Source: Pristiophorus japonicus (Eukaryota). From it: a stretch of DNA of 64,000 nt. A program made the position numbers and the translations under genes. Below are positions 33,729 through 45,046 of this stretch, piece by piece. The first letter of the stretch is position 1; the number at the start of each line of letters is the position of its first letter. A model generated the notes under the pieces. The model searched no databases, was not told the DNA's origin, and worked only from the letters and a program-made list of their open reading frames with translations. The stretch is taken from contig NC_091993.1 in assembly GCF_044704955.1 (NCBI RefSeq), positions 128,650,001-128,714,000 on the forward strand, given 5' to 3'.

Positions 33729-36700
33729 TAGAAACATAGAAACATAGAAAATAGGTGCAGGAGTAGGCCATTTGGCCCTTCCAGCCTGCACCGCCATTCA
33801 ATGAGTTCATGGCTGAACATGCAACTTCAGTACCCCATTCCTGCTTTCTCGCCATACCCCTTGATCCCCCTAGTAGTAAGGACTTCATCTAACTCCTTTT
33901 TGAATATATTTAGTGAATTGGCCTCAACAACTTTCTGTGGTAGAGAATTCCACAGGTTCACCACTCTCTGGGTGAAGAAGTTTCTCCTCATCTCGGTCCT
34001 AAATGGCTTACCCCTTATCCTTAGATTGTGGCTCCTGGTTCTGGACTTCCCCAACATTGGGAACATTCTTCCTACATCTAACCTGTCCAAACCCATCAGA
34101 ATTTTAAACGTTTCTATGAGATCCCCTCTCATTCTTCTGAACTCCAGTGAATACAAGCCCAGTTGATCCAGTCTTTCTTGATAGGTCAGTCCCACCATCC
34201 CGGGAATCAGTCTGGTGAACCTTCGCTGCATTCCCTCAATAGCAAGAATGTCCTTCCTCAGGTTAGGAGACCAAAACTGTACACAATACCAAGGCCCTGT
34301 ACAACTGTAGCAACACCTCCCTGCCCCTGTACTCAAATCCCCTCGCTATGAAGGCCAACATGCCATTTGCTTTCTTAACCGCCTGCTGTACCTGCATGCC
34401 AATCTTCAATGACTGATGTACCATGACACCCAGGTCTCGTTGCACCTCCCCTTTTCCTAATCTGTCACCATTCAGATAATAGTCTGTCTCTCTGTTTTTA
34501 CCACCAAAGTGGATAACCTCACATTTATCCACATTATACTTCATCTGCCATGCATTTGCCCACTCACCTAACATATCCAAGTCACTCTGCAGCCTCATAG
34601 CATCCTCCTCGCAGCTCACACTGCCACCCAACTTAGTGTCATCCGCAAATTTGGAGATACTACATTTAATCCCCTCGTCTAAATCATTAATGTATAGCGT
34701 AAACAGCTGGGGCCCCAGCACAGAACCTTGCAGTACCCCATTAGTCACTGCCTGCCATTCTGAAAAGTCCCCATTTATTCCTACTCTTTGCTTCCTGTCT
34801 GACAACCAGTTCTCAATCCATGTCAGCACACTACCCCCAATCCCATGTGTTTTAACTTTGCACATTAATCTCTTGTGTGGGACCTTGTCGAAAGCCTTCT
34901 GAAAGTCCAAATATACCACATCAACTGGTTCTCCCTTGTCCACTCTACTGGAAACATCCTCAAAAAATTCCAGAAGATTTGTCAAGCATGATTTCCCTTT
35001 CACAAATCCATGCTGACTTGGACCTATCATGTCACCTCTTTCCAAATGCGCTGCTATGACATCCTTAATAATTGATTCCATCATTTTACCCACTACCGAT
35101 GTCAGGCTGACCGGTCTATAATTCCCTGTTTTCTCTCTCCCTCCTTTTTTAAAAAGTGGGGTTACATTGGCTACCCTCCACTCGATAGGAACTGATCCAG
35201 ATTCAATGGAATGTTGGAAAATGACTGTCAATGCATCCGCTATTTCCAAGGCCACCACCTCAAGTACTCTGGGATGCAGTCCATCAGGCCCTGGAGATTT
35301 ATCGGCCTTCAATCCCATCAATTTCCCCAACACAATTTCCCGACTAATAAAGATTTCCCTCAGTTCCTCCTCCTTACTAGACCCTCTGACCCCTTTTATA
35401 TCCGGAAGGTTGTTTGTGTCCTCCTTCGTGAATACCGAACCAAAGTACTTGTTCAATTGGTCTGCCATTTATTTGTTCCCCGTTATGACTTCCCCTGATT
35501 CTGAGGGGGACCTACGTTTGTCTTAACTAACCTTTTACTCTTTACATATTTATAGAAACTTTTGCAATCTGTCTTAATGTTCCCTGCAAGCTTCTTCTCG
35601 TACTCCATTTTCCCTACCCTAATCAAACCCTTTGTCCTCCTCTGCTGAGTTCTAAATTTCTCCCAGTCCCCGGGTTCGCTGCTATTTCTGGTCAATTTGT
35701 ATGCCACTTCCTTGGCTTTAATACTATCCCTGATTTCCCTTGATAGCCACGGTTGAGCCACCTTCCCTTTTTTATTTTTACGCCAGACAGGAATGTACAA
35801 TTGTTGTAGTTCATCCATGCGGTCTCTAAATGTCTGCCATTGCCCATCCACAGTCAACCCCTTAAGTATCATTCGCCAATCTATCCTAGCCAATTCACAC
35901 CTCATACCTTCAAAGTTACCCTTCTTTAAGTTCTGGACCATGGTCTCTGAATTAACTGTTTCATTCTCCATCCTAATGCAGAATTCCACCATATTATGGT
36001 CACTCTTCCCCAAGGGGCCTCGCACAACGAGATTGCTAATTAATCCTCTCTCATTACATAACACCCAGTCTCAGATGGCCTCCCCCCTAGTTGGTTCCTC
36101 ACATATTGGTCTAGAAAACCATCCCTTATGCACTCCAGGAAATCCTCCTCCACCGTATTGCTTCCAGTTTGGTTAACCCAATCTATGTGCATATTAAAGT
36201 CATCCATTATAACTGCTGCACCTTTATTGCATGCACCCCTAATTTCCTGTTTGATGCCCTCCCCAACATCACTACTACTGTTTGGAGGTCTGTACACAAC
36301 TCCCACTAACGTTTTTTGCCCTTTGGTGTTCTGCAGCTCTACCCATATAGATTCCACATCATCCAAGCTAATGTCCTTCCTAACTATTGCATTAATCTCC
36401 TCCTTAACCAGCAATGCTACCCCACCTCCTTTTCCTTTTATTCTATCCTTCCTGAATGTTGAATACCCCTGGATGTTGAGTTCCCAGCCCTGATCATCCT
36501 GGAGCCACGTCTCCGTAATCCCAATCACATCATATTTGTTAACATCTATTTGCACAGTTAATTCATCCACCTTATTACGGATACTCCTTGCATTAAGACA
36601 CAAAGCCTTCAGGCTTGTTTTTTTAACACCCTTTGTCCTTTTAGAATTTTGCTGTACAGTGGCCCTTTTTGTTTTTTGCCTTGGGTTTCTCTGCCTTCCA

Positions 36701-36848
36701 CTTTTCCTCATCTCCTTTCTGTCTTTTGCTTTTGTCTCCTTTTTGTTTCCCTCTGTCTCCCTGCATTGGTTCCTATCCCCCTGCCATATTAGTTTAACTC
36801 CTCCCCAACAGCACTAGCAAACACTCCCCCTAGGACATTGGTTCCGGT
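33727..36848 (-). mobile_element. Young CR1 LINE, 5'-truncated at end of ORF1; ORF2 (APE + RT) broken by 3 frameshifts
   Basis: ORF pieces 36040-36711, 35483-36064, 34263-35468 and 33827-34336 ([27 protein letters not shown]). (CATAGAAA)n tail at 33727. Confidence 0.96.
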
Positions 36849-38209
36849 CTCTCTGTTCATGCACTCCCTTTAGAATTGTACCCTTTAGGGATGTTCGCCT
36901 GTGCCTGCTCTCCTTGTCTAGCTAGGTGGTAGAGGTCGCAGGTTTGGGAGGTGCTGTGAATTGTGCAAAGAGACTTGTGTTGTGTTTGGTTGGCGTGGGT
37001 TGAACCGTTTGTGGAGCCTGAGCCTCCTGCAGCAGGTGTGGTGACCAGCCATGCTCCAGTTGCCAGGAAATGGAACCTGTTTGGCCCCATTGAGCTGCCG
37101 CAGCTTTTATGGGCTGAATTAGAGCGGCTTTGCTCCCAGCATCTCACTGGAAGGCAGTGTGGGTCTAAGTGGGTCTATAACACTCCCGGGCTGGATCTGT
37201 GACCTGCCAAGGCTCTGTGCCGAGAGAATCACACCTCTACTGCATCAGTCAAACCCGTGAGTTCAGGAGTGCCCGAGCTTTCTGTTTTCGTTGCTCACAT
37301 GGTGTGTGTCATGTGCTGTTGGGGCGGTGCCTTGAACTTAAATCCCTTTCACAGTCATTTGCTGCCACTAATAGTTCTTAGTGTTGTGATTTAGGGGTTT
37401 ATCCACCAGGCCCATGAAGCTCAAACTGAGAGAGAACTACGTGCAAATACCGGATTGCCAGGGCTGAGGGCCACCTGTCTCTCTGGACATGTGCTGCTTT
37501 AGTTTGCAGTTGTGGTTTCAGTGAAAGTGCGGTCACTTGTCAGGAGGAGGAGGGAAAGCCCCAGAGTCTCGGGACTGCTCCCAACCACCATCTGGTTTCG
37601 TTCTTCCTCCACCCTCGCCCCCTGCCCGCCCCCCCAACTTCCCCCCTCCCCCAACCCCCCTCCCGCCAGGGGTGGTGGGTGAGCTGGTCTCGGTGTGAGT
37701 TCGGGCATGAAGCAGCTGAGTTTTGGATGAGCTGAAGTTTATGGAGGATTCTTTCAAATTGTTAAATTCAAGCTTTGTTGCAATAATAATTAAAGATGGA
37801 GTCAGGGAGAAACCACTCGGGGTGTGGGACTAGAAACAGAGAATGCTGGTATCTCTCGGCGGGTCTGTGCGGAGAACGGGGGAGTCAGTGTCTCAGGAAT
37901 GGACGCCTTTGTCAGTTGGGCTCTGATGAAGGTTTTTTTGTCTCACTTTGGGTGTTGATGAGCTGGGTTTCTGATGAAGATAAATGATCAGGTGGCCTAA
38001 TAGAGACGGCACGATAAGCGATATTGTGTATTGAGGGTATTGCCCCCGGATGGGAATAAAGAATTTCACTGTTGTGAATTGTTCAAAGCCAAATAATTTG
38101 CACCCATTGATTGAATAGAATCCGGAAATATTGCGCTACAATTTTTGCATTGTAACATTTATTTATAAAAGTAAAACATTTGTAAATGTCACTCCTTTTT
38201 CACATGCGT

Positions 38210-38600
38210 GACAAACACACACACTCTCACACTCACTCACACACACATACTCACACTCACATACTCACANNNNNNNNNNNNNNNNNNNNNNNNNNNNNNN
38301 NNNNNNNNNNNNNNNNNNNNNNNNNNNNNNNNNNNNNNNNNNNNNNNNNNNNNNNNNNNNNNNNNNNNNNNNNNNNNNNNNNNNNNNNNNNNNNNNNNNN
38401 NNNNNNNNNNNACACACACATACTCACACTCTCACCTCACACACACATACTCACACTTACACACTGCCCTCACACACACATACTCACACTCTCACCTCAC
38501 ACACACTGCCCTCACACTCACACACACTGCCCTCACACACACATACTCACACACACATACTCACACTCACACACACACACACTGCCCTCACACTCACACC
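38210..38600. repeat. CA-rich simple repeat containing an assembly gap (N at 38270-38411)
   Basis: Direct inspection. Confidence 0.97.
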
Positions 38601-39261
38601 GCTGCCCTGTGACATGCGTGGGAAGACTTGAGTCAGTGCCGATGCATTCTCGCAACCCGTCCATGGAGCACAACTAGCGGAGAGACCCACCCTCTGACTG
38701 CCCCAGACCCCACAGACAATACCCTCCGCAGCTTGCTCCAACTGGCCAGCCGAGATTAGGAAGTCGCCCTGAGGGGGAATGACGGATGTATATTCACGGC
38801 GCTCGATCAGTGCAAGGTTCTGTGGCCAGCAGCTTCTCATTGCCCTACGCGTGTTCTTTTAAAATCAAAGATTGAATTCGGAAACTTCACTGTGCTATCA
38901 TCGCAGTGCTGGGTTGATCTGAAGCCACTCGCCATCCCATCCTATCCGATCGGAAACTCCGGCTTTGAACCTAACCTGCCCGAGCAGGTGTGGCTCGGGC
39001 CCTTGGCCAACGGAGAGTGGGACAGGGTGTAATGTGGGCTTTGTGCTGAATTTGTAGTGAACAGTGGCTCACCAACGTGTAACCATTTTAAGGTTGCTAC
39101 AGAAATGCCATTTGCCATCATGTCCTTCCAAGAAACTGTTGAATCAAGATGTGGCAGGTAATTATTTTTGTGTCTTAATATTTATTTTAGATTTAGATGA
39201 ACTAAAAGCATTTATCATGCAACAAAGAATCATGTGTTGATGCAAGCAGAAGCTTTGTTTC

Positions 39262-39267
39262 AATAAA
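39262..39267 (+). terminator. Candidate distal poly(A) signal
   Basis: AATAAA in an AT-rich context followed by a T-rich tract (CCTTTTAATTTTTATTTACAGTTTTT). Confidence 0.45.
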
Positions 39268-39309
39268 AAGTGCCTTTTAATTTTTATTTACAGTTTTTCA
39301 AAGTGCTCA

Positions 39310-40035
39310 GCAGGGCCCTGGGATACTCTCTGGGCAGGGGCAGGGGCAAGGCCCCGGGATACTCTCTGGGCAGGGGCAGGGGCAAGGCCCTGGGATACTC
39401 TCGGGGCAGGGGCAAGGCCCTGGGATACTCTCGGGGCAGGGGCAAGGCCCTGGGATACTCTCGGGGCAGGGGCAGGGGCAAGGCCCTGGGATACTCTCAG
39501 GGCAGGGGCAGAGGCAGGGCCCTGGGATACTCTCGGGGCAGGGGCTGGGGCAAGGCCCTGGGATACTCTCGGGGCAGGGGCAAGGCCCTGGGATACTCTT
39601 GGGGCAGGGGCAGGGGCAAGGCCCTGGGATACTCTCGGGGCAGGGGCTGGGGCAAGCCCCTGGGATACTCTCGGGGCAGGGGCAGGGGCAAGGCCCTGGG
39701 ATACTCTCAGGGCAGGGGCAGAGGCAGGGCCCTGGGATACTCTCGGGGCAGGGGCAGGGGCAAGGCCCTGGGATACTCTCAGGGCAGGGGCAGAGGCAGG
39801 GCCCTGGGATACTCTCGGGGCAGGGGCAGAGGCAGGGCCCTGGGATACTCTCTGGTCAGGGGCAGGGGCAAGGCCCTGGGATACTCTCTGGGTAGGGGCA
39901 GGGGCAAGGCCCTGGGATACTCTCGGGGCAGGGGCAAGGCCCTGGGATACTCTCGGGGCAGGGGCAAAGCAGTGGGATACTCTCTGGGCAGGGCCCTGGG
40001 ATACTCTCTGGGCAGGGCAGTGGAATACTCTGGGT
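39310..40035. repeat. G-rich 30/36-bp minisatellite, ~21 units
   Basis: GGCCCTGGGATACTCTC(GGGGCA)2-3A. Confidence 0.95.
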
Positions 40036-40589
40036 TTGGCAGCTGGCAAAGCACGTGCCAATTTGCTGGACAGGATGGCACAAGCTAACGGCATTATCTT
40101 TGTACAGAGTCGGGACAAGGGGACAGTTTTCCTTAAAGATCAGGCCTCCCAAAACATAGGAGGCCATTGAGCCCCTCGAGCCTGTTCCACCATTCGATGA
40201 GATCGTGGCTGATCTGTATCTTAACCCTATCTACCTGCCCTAGCTCTATAATTCTTTTATACACTTGGACTCTCTGATCTGCTCTGAAATTGGGCAGTTA
40301 ATTAACTTATTTGTAAAGGAGTTGGATAGACGTGGCTGGGAATCAGGTTGACGTTTAGAGGAACCGGTGTTGACTGAGAGCGTTGAATACTTTGCAAAGA
40401 TTGATGGTCCATGTGCTGTGGGGATGGGAGGAGGTGTAGTCTATGAGTGAGAGCAGGAAGCCAGGGTTCAATCCTGGAGAAGTGAGAATGGATTCATATC
40501 CCAGAGATTTGCTTGATTCCCTTTGGGAATTAGGGAGTATTTATAGAACATTTCCTGAACAATGTAAATGGGATGGAGTCCATGATCGG

Positions 40590-41040
40590 GTTGTGAGAGG
40601 TTATAACTATCAGGAATGGCTGAACATTGGGGGCCCTTTTCTCCAGAAAAGAGAAGGCTGAGGGATGACCTAATAGGGATATTTAATATTATGAAAGGGT
40701 TCGATAGGGTAGACGTAGAGAAGATGTTCCCACTTGCGGGGACGAGCAGAACTAGAGGCCATCAATATAAGATAGTCACTAATAAATCCAAATGGGAATT
40801 CAGGAGAAACTTCTTTCCCCAGAGAGCGGTGAGAATGTGGAACTTGCTGTCACAGGGAGGGGTTGAGGCGAATAGTATCGATGTATTTAAGGGGAAGCTG
40901 GATAAAAACATGGGGGAGAAAGGAATAGAAGGATATGGTGATGGGGTGAGATGGAGAGGGGTGGGAGGGGGCTGGTGTGGAGAATAAACCCCGGCACGGA
41001 GCGGTGGGCCCAATGGCCTGTTCCTGTGCCGTACACTCTG
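40590..41040 (+). mobile_element. CR1 3' fragment
   Basis: ORF 40616-40987 (EKRRLRDDLI...SRTRGHQYKI...RMWNLL). Confidence 0.88.
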
Positions 41041-42685
41041 TGATGTGAAACAAATGGTGGATGCTTCCGTCACCACGCCCTGTACTTTCATCTCCTTTCC
41101 CATTGAATAGCATGTCCCCGCTGCCCAACATAACTGCACTGGTCTATCTCTCGGTTCGGGGGGGGGCGGGGGGCTGGCTGCGCTCAGGTTGTGCAAAGCG
41201 CTGTATCAATCCAAGTCTTTCTTTTTCACTGGTAGATGTCATATGCCCAACTTGGAGCCCGTCCTGGGTGTCAGTACATGGATGTGAGAAACACTGCTTG
41301 AATGTAATCCCTGCTGAATTATGAGATGCAAGGGAATTTTGTGAGGGATCGGCAGAGAGGAGCAGTAAATGTGGACAACATTATGTGGCATGTAATCTTG
41401 GGCCATCGAGATGGTGCATGGCACTGTTGGCTGTTCTCAGCTTGCATGAAGTCTGTCACCTTCCCCACACCTGTCTCCCACATACTGTGCACAGAGCTGG
41501 GGGTCCCAGCTATACCGCACTACCATGCTTGGGGGGGTGTTCCCTGGGGTGCCAAAGAGGGTAACACCCTCCCTCAACGAGCGGCCATCTACTTCACTAG
41601 GCATTGACCCGGGGTCGGGGTAATGTGCTGACCTGTCACCTTTGCTTGCCCTCCTCACTGGATTCACCCTCCTTCCTCCTCCCTTCTAACCTTTGGGGAG
41701 GTTGAGGATTATTCTGCTCTCCCCGCTATCACTGACCGGGTCCGGAATCTAATGCTCACAATCAGGTGAGACCAAGTCCAGACCAGGAGCAGAATCCTCG
41801 CTCCCACTGGCTCAGAGCATCGCTGCCCAAATATACAGTCACCCTGCTCACATCCTGACTGTGTGTCGTGTAGATCATAGAATAATACAACACAGAGCGA
41901 GGCCATTCGGCCCATCGATCCTGTGCCGGCTCTGTGACAGAGCGATCCAATCAGTCCCACTCCCCCCCCCCCCGCTCTTTCTCCACAGCCCGGCACATTA
42001 TTCCCTTCACGTATTTATCCAATTCCCGTTTGAAAGTTCCCGATCACAACAACTCGCTGCATAAGCATACTTGTACCTCGAGTTAAATGTTCAAGGTTTA
42101 AGATCGTGACATGTGCAAGACCTTAGTGGGGTGGGGTGGGGTGGGGTCGCGGGGGACCGAGGTGGAAGTAGTAGAATACAGGACTGTAGATAATGTTTTT
42201 CGACGATGAGTGCAGTGTTGAGGTGCCAGACTCTCGGATCACGCTCCTGCCTTGCTGTATCTTCAGTTGCGGAGCTCAGTTCAACAACGGTGCCATGCCC
42301 TGTGCCTTTAAGAACCTTCAGGAATCCCCAGGCAAGCCCTGAGCAGCTTTGCCACGTACCAGTTGAAATATTGGACAATGTCCGAATGCTCCTCACGCCC
42401 AACAGTGCTTGAGTCGAATAATTCTTTGCTGAGGTCCCAGTGGGGCGTCTGATGAGTGAAGTGATGATGAGGCAGTATCTTGCACTGGTCAGATCACCGC
42501 TGGAGCACTGTGCACTGTCTGTTCACCAGACTATACAGGGAGGGGCAGTCAGACTGACCCCACAAAAAAACTCGGGTCTGCACGGCCCAGAGACAAGGTG
42601 GCCAACAGGAGATCTCATTGAACCTTTGGCTGGGCTCAGTAGGTTAAGATTGTGAAACTCCCCCACAGGATCTGTGTTGGGAATC

Positions 42686-43705
42686 CCAGTGCAGTACTGA
42701 GGGAGCGCTGCACTGTCGTAGGGGCAGTACTGAGGGAGTGCCGCGCTGTTGGAGGGGCAGTACTGAGGGAGTGCCGCACTGTCGGAGGGGCAGTACTGAG
42801 GGAGCGCTGCACTGTCGGAGGGGCAGTGCTGAGGGAGCGCTGCACTGTCGTAGGGGCAGTACTGAGGGAGTGCCGCACTGTTGGAGGGGCAGTACTGAGG
42901 GAGTGCCGCACTGTCGGAGGGGCAGTGCTGAGGGAGCGCTGCACTGTCGTAGGGGCAGTACTGAGGGAGTGCCGCACTGTCGGAGGGGCAGTACTAAGGG
43001 AGTGCCGCACTGTCGGAGGGGCAGTACTGAGGGAGTTCCGCACTGTCGGAGGGGCAGTACTGAGGGAGTGCCGCACTGTCGGAGGGGCAGTACTGAGGGA
43101 GCTCCGCACTGTCGGAAGGGCAGTACTGAGGGAGTGCCGCACTGTCGGAGGGGCAGTACTGAGGGAGCGCTGCACTGTCGTAGGGGCAGTACTGAGGGAG
43201 TGCCGCACTGTTGGAGGGGCAGTACTGAGGGAGTGCCGCACTGTCGGAGGGGTAGCACTGAGGGCGCGCTGCACTATCGGAGGGGCAGTACTGAGGGAGT
43301 GCCGCACTGTCGGAGGGGCAGTACTGAGGGAGCGCCGCACTGTCGGAGGGGCAGTACTGAGGGAGTGCCGCACTGTCGGAGGGGCAGTACTGAGGGAGCG
43401 TCGCACTGTCGGACGGGCAGTACTGAGGGAGCACTGTTGGAGGGGCTGTACTGAGGGAGCACTGTCGGAGGGGCAGTACTGAGGGAGTGCCACACTGTCA
43501 AAGCTACTGTCTCATGGATGAGACATTCAACCAAGATCACGTCTGCCTGTTCAGGTGGATGTTAAAGATCCCATGGCATTGTTCAAAGAGCAGGTGTCTT
43601 GGCCAACTGAGCCAACACCACCGAATGCTGAATTAACTGGTCATTTATCTCTCTCTGTTGCTTGTGGGATCTTACTTTGCGCTAAACGGCTGTCACGTTT
43701 GCCTC
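42686..43705 (+). mobile_element. Headless DeuSINE with the longest 33-bp array (~24 units, 42687-43500)
   Basis: Array followed by GGATGAGACATTCAACC..AAAGATCCCATGGCA. Confidence 0.88.
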
Positions 43706-43735
43706 CCCCACCTCCCCGGCCCATCACGGGGCTAT

Positions 43736-44047
43736 CCTGCTGGGCTGGGGAGGTGGGGCACTGCCCCCTGCTGGGCCGGGGAGGTGGGGCACTGCCCCCT
43801 GCTGGGCCGGGGAGGTGGGGCACTGCCCCCTGCTGGGCCGGGGAGGTGGGGCACTGCCCCCTGCTGGGCCGGGGAGGTGGGGCACTGCCCCCTGCTGGGC
43901 TGGGGAGGTGGGGCACTGCCCCCTGCTGGGCCGGGGAGGTGGGGCACTGCCCCCTGCTGGGCCGGGGAGGTGGGGCACTGCCCCCTGCTGGGCCGGGGAG
44001 GTGGGGCACTGCCCCCTGCTGGGCCGGGGAGGTGGGGCACTGCCCCG
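43736..44047. repeat. 31-bp GC-rich minisatellite, ~10 near-identical units
   Basis: CTGCTGGGCCGGGGAGGTGGGGCACTGCCCC, containing the palindrome GGGGCA-C-TGCCCC. Confidence 0.96.
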
Positions 44048-45046
44048 TGTTTGGGCGGTGTGTAGGCCCCATGTTTTCACCGGTTAATTTGGAGGTAAAG
44101 CACTGGGGCTGTGAATTCTCGATAGAGCTCCAAAGGTGAACAGCTCTCCCTTGGAGCTTGAAAGTTGGAAATGAACCCCAAAGATCTCAGGGTAGAGGGA
44201 CATCCGCAACACGGTTGGGTATTCAGGGCTGGGGATGGTGAAGTACCAGAGGCTTAGGCTTCGCTAGGCCGAGTTTCCTCCTTGGCTTCTCAAACTCAGG
44301 AGTGGAAATGAAATATCGGGAACGGACCCCATTTAATGCCACCCAGTTCCTTCCACCACCCCCACACCCCCACACCTCCAGATACTATCTGCCATCCACA
44401 CTTGTATAAGGGGGGGGGGGGGGAGGGATGAACAGTTCAGATCCTGTCCGTGGTGAGGGAATGGGGTTCCCGGCAATGCCACTGGGACTAAAATGCCGCC
44501 CAAGGTGGTATGAGGTGAAATCCATTCATAACTTTCATGGTGTGGCGAATAAAACCTTTTTCTTAAACAAAAATACGGTTTGAAGATTAAGACAAAGCAG
44601 CTGAGAGGAGAAGGGCCAGCACTGTGCCCCGAGGTAACTCGACTCACTCTCGGGAGACTGGGGCGAGTGACCTTCTGAGGGTTTTTCGTTGATGTGGCTT
44701 GTCAGCGTTTGAACATGTGTTGAAACAAATAGGTGCTATGACCCCTCACACCTACCCACTGTCCCCTCACCAGCACACGGGGGTAAAATCACACAATTCT
44801 TTCCCGAGTTGTTGTAATGCGAAGGAACAAAAAACTTCAAACAATGACGTTCACACGATGTTAATCCAGAGTGTTACTGGCATAAGCATCACACTGCCGC
44901 TGAGAAGCTCACCTCGATAAATACACAGATGGGTTTCTTTGAAATTGTAGTTTGGTGTTCCGGTGTGCTTATTGCAAGAGTGAATCACGAGCAAAGCGAA
45001 TTCTGGGGAGGTTTATCAGCTACTCTGTATTGGGTTCGACAGTGAT

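Noticed and set aside
39270-40167. RG-rich and PA-rich ORFs
   Set aside because: Translations of the G-rich minisatellite.
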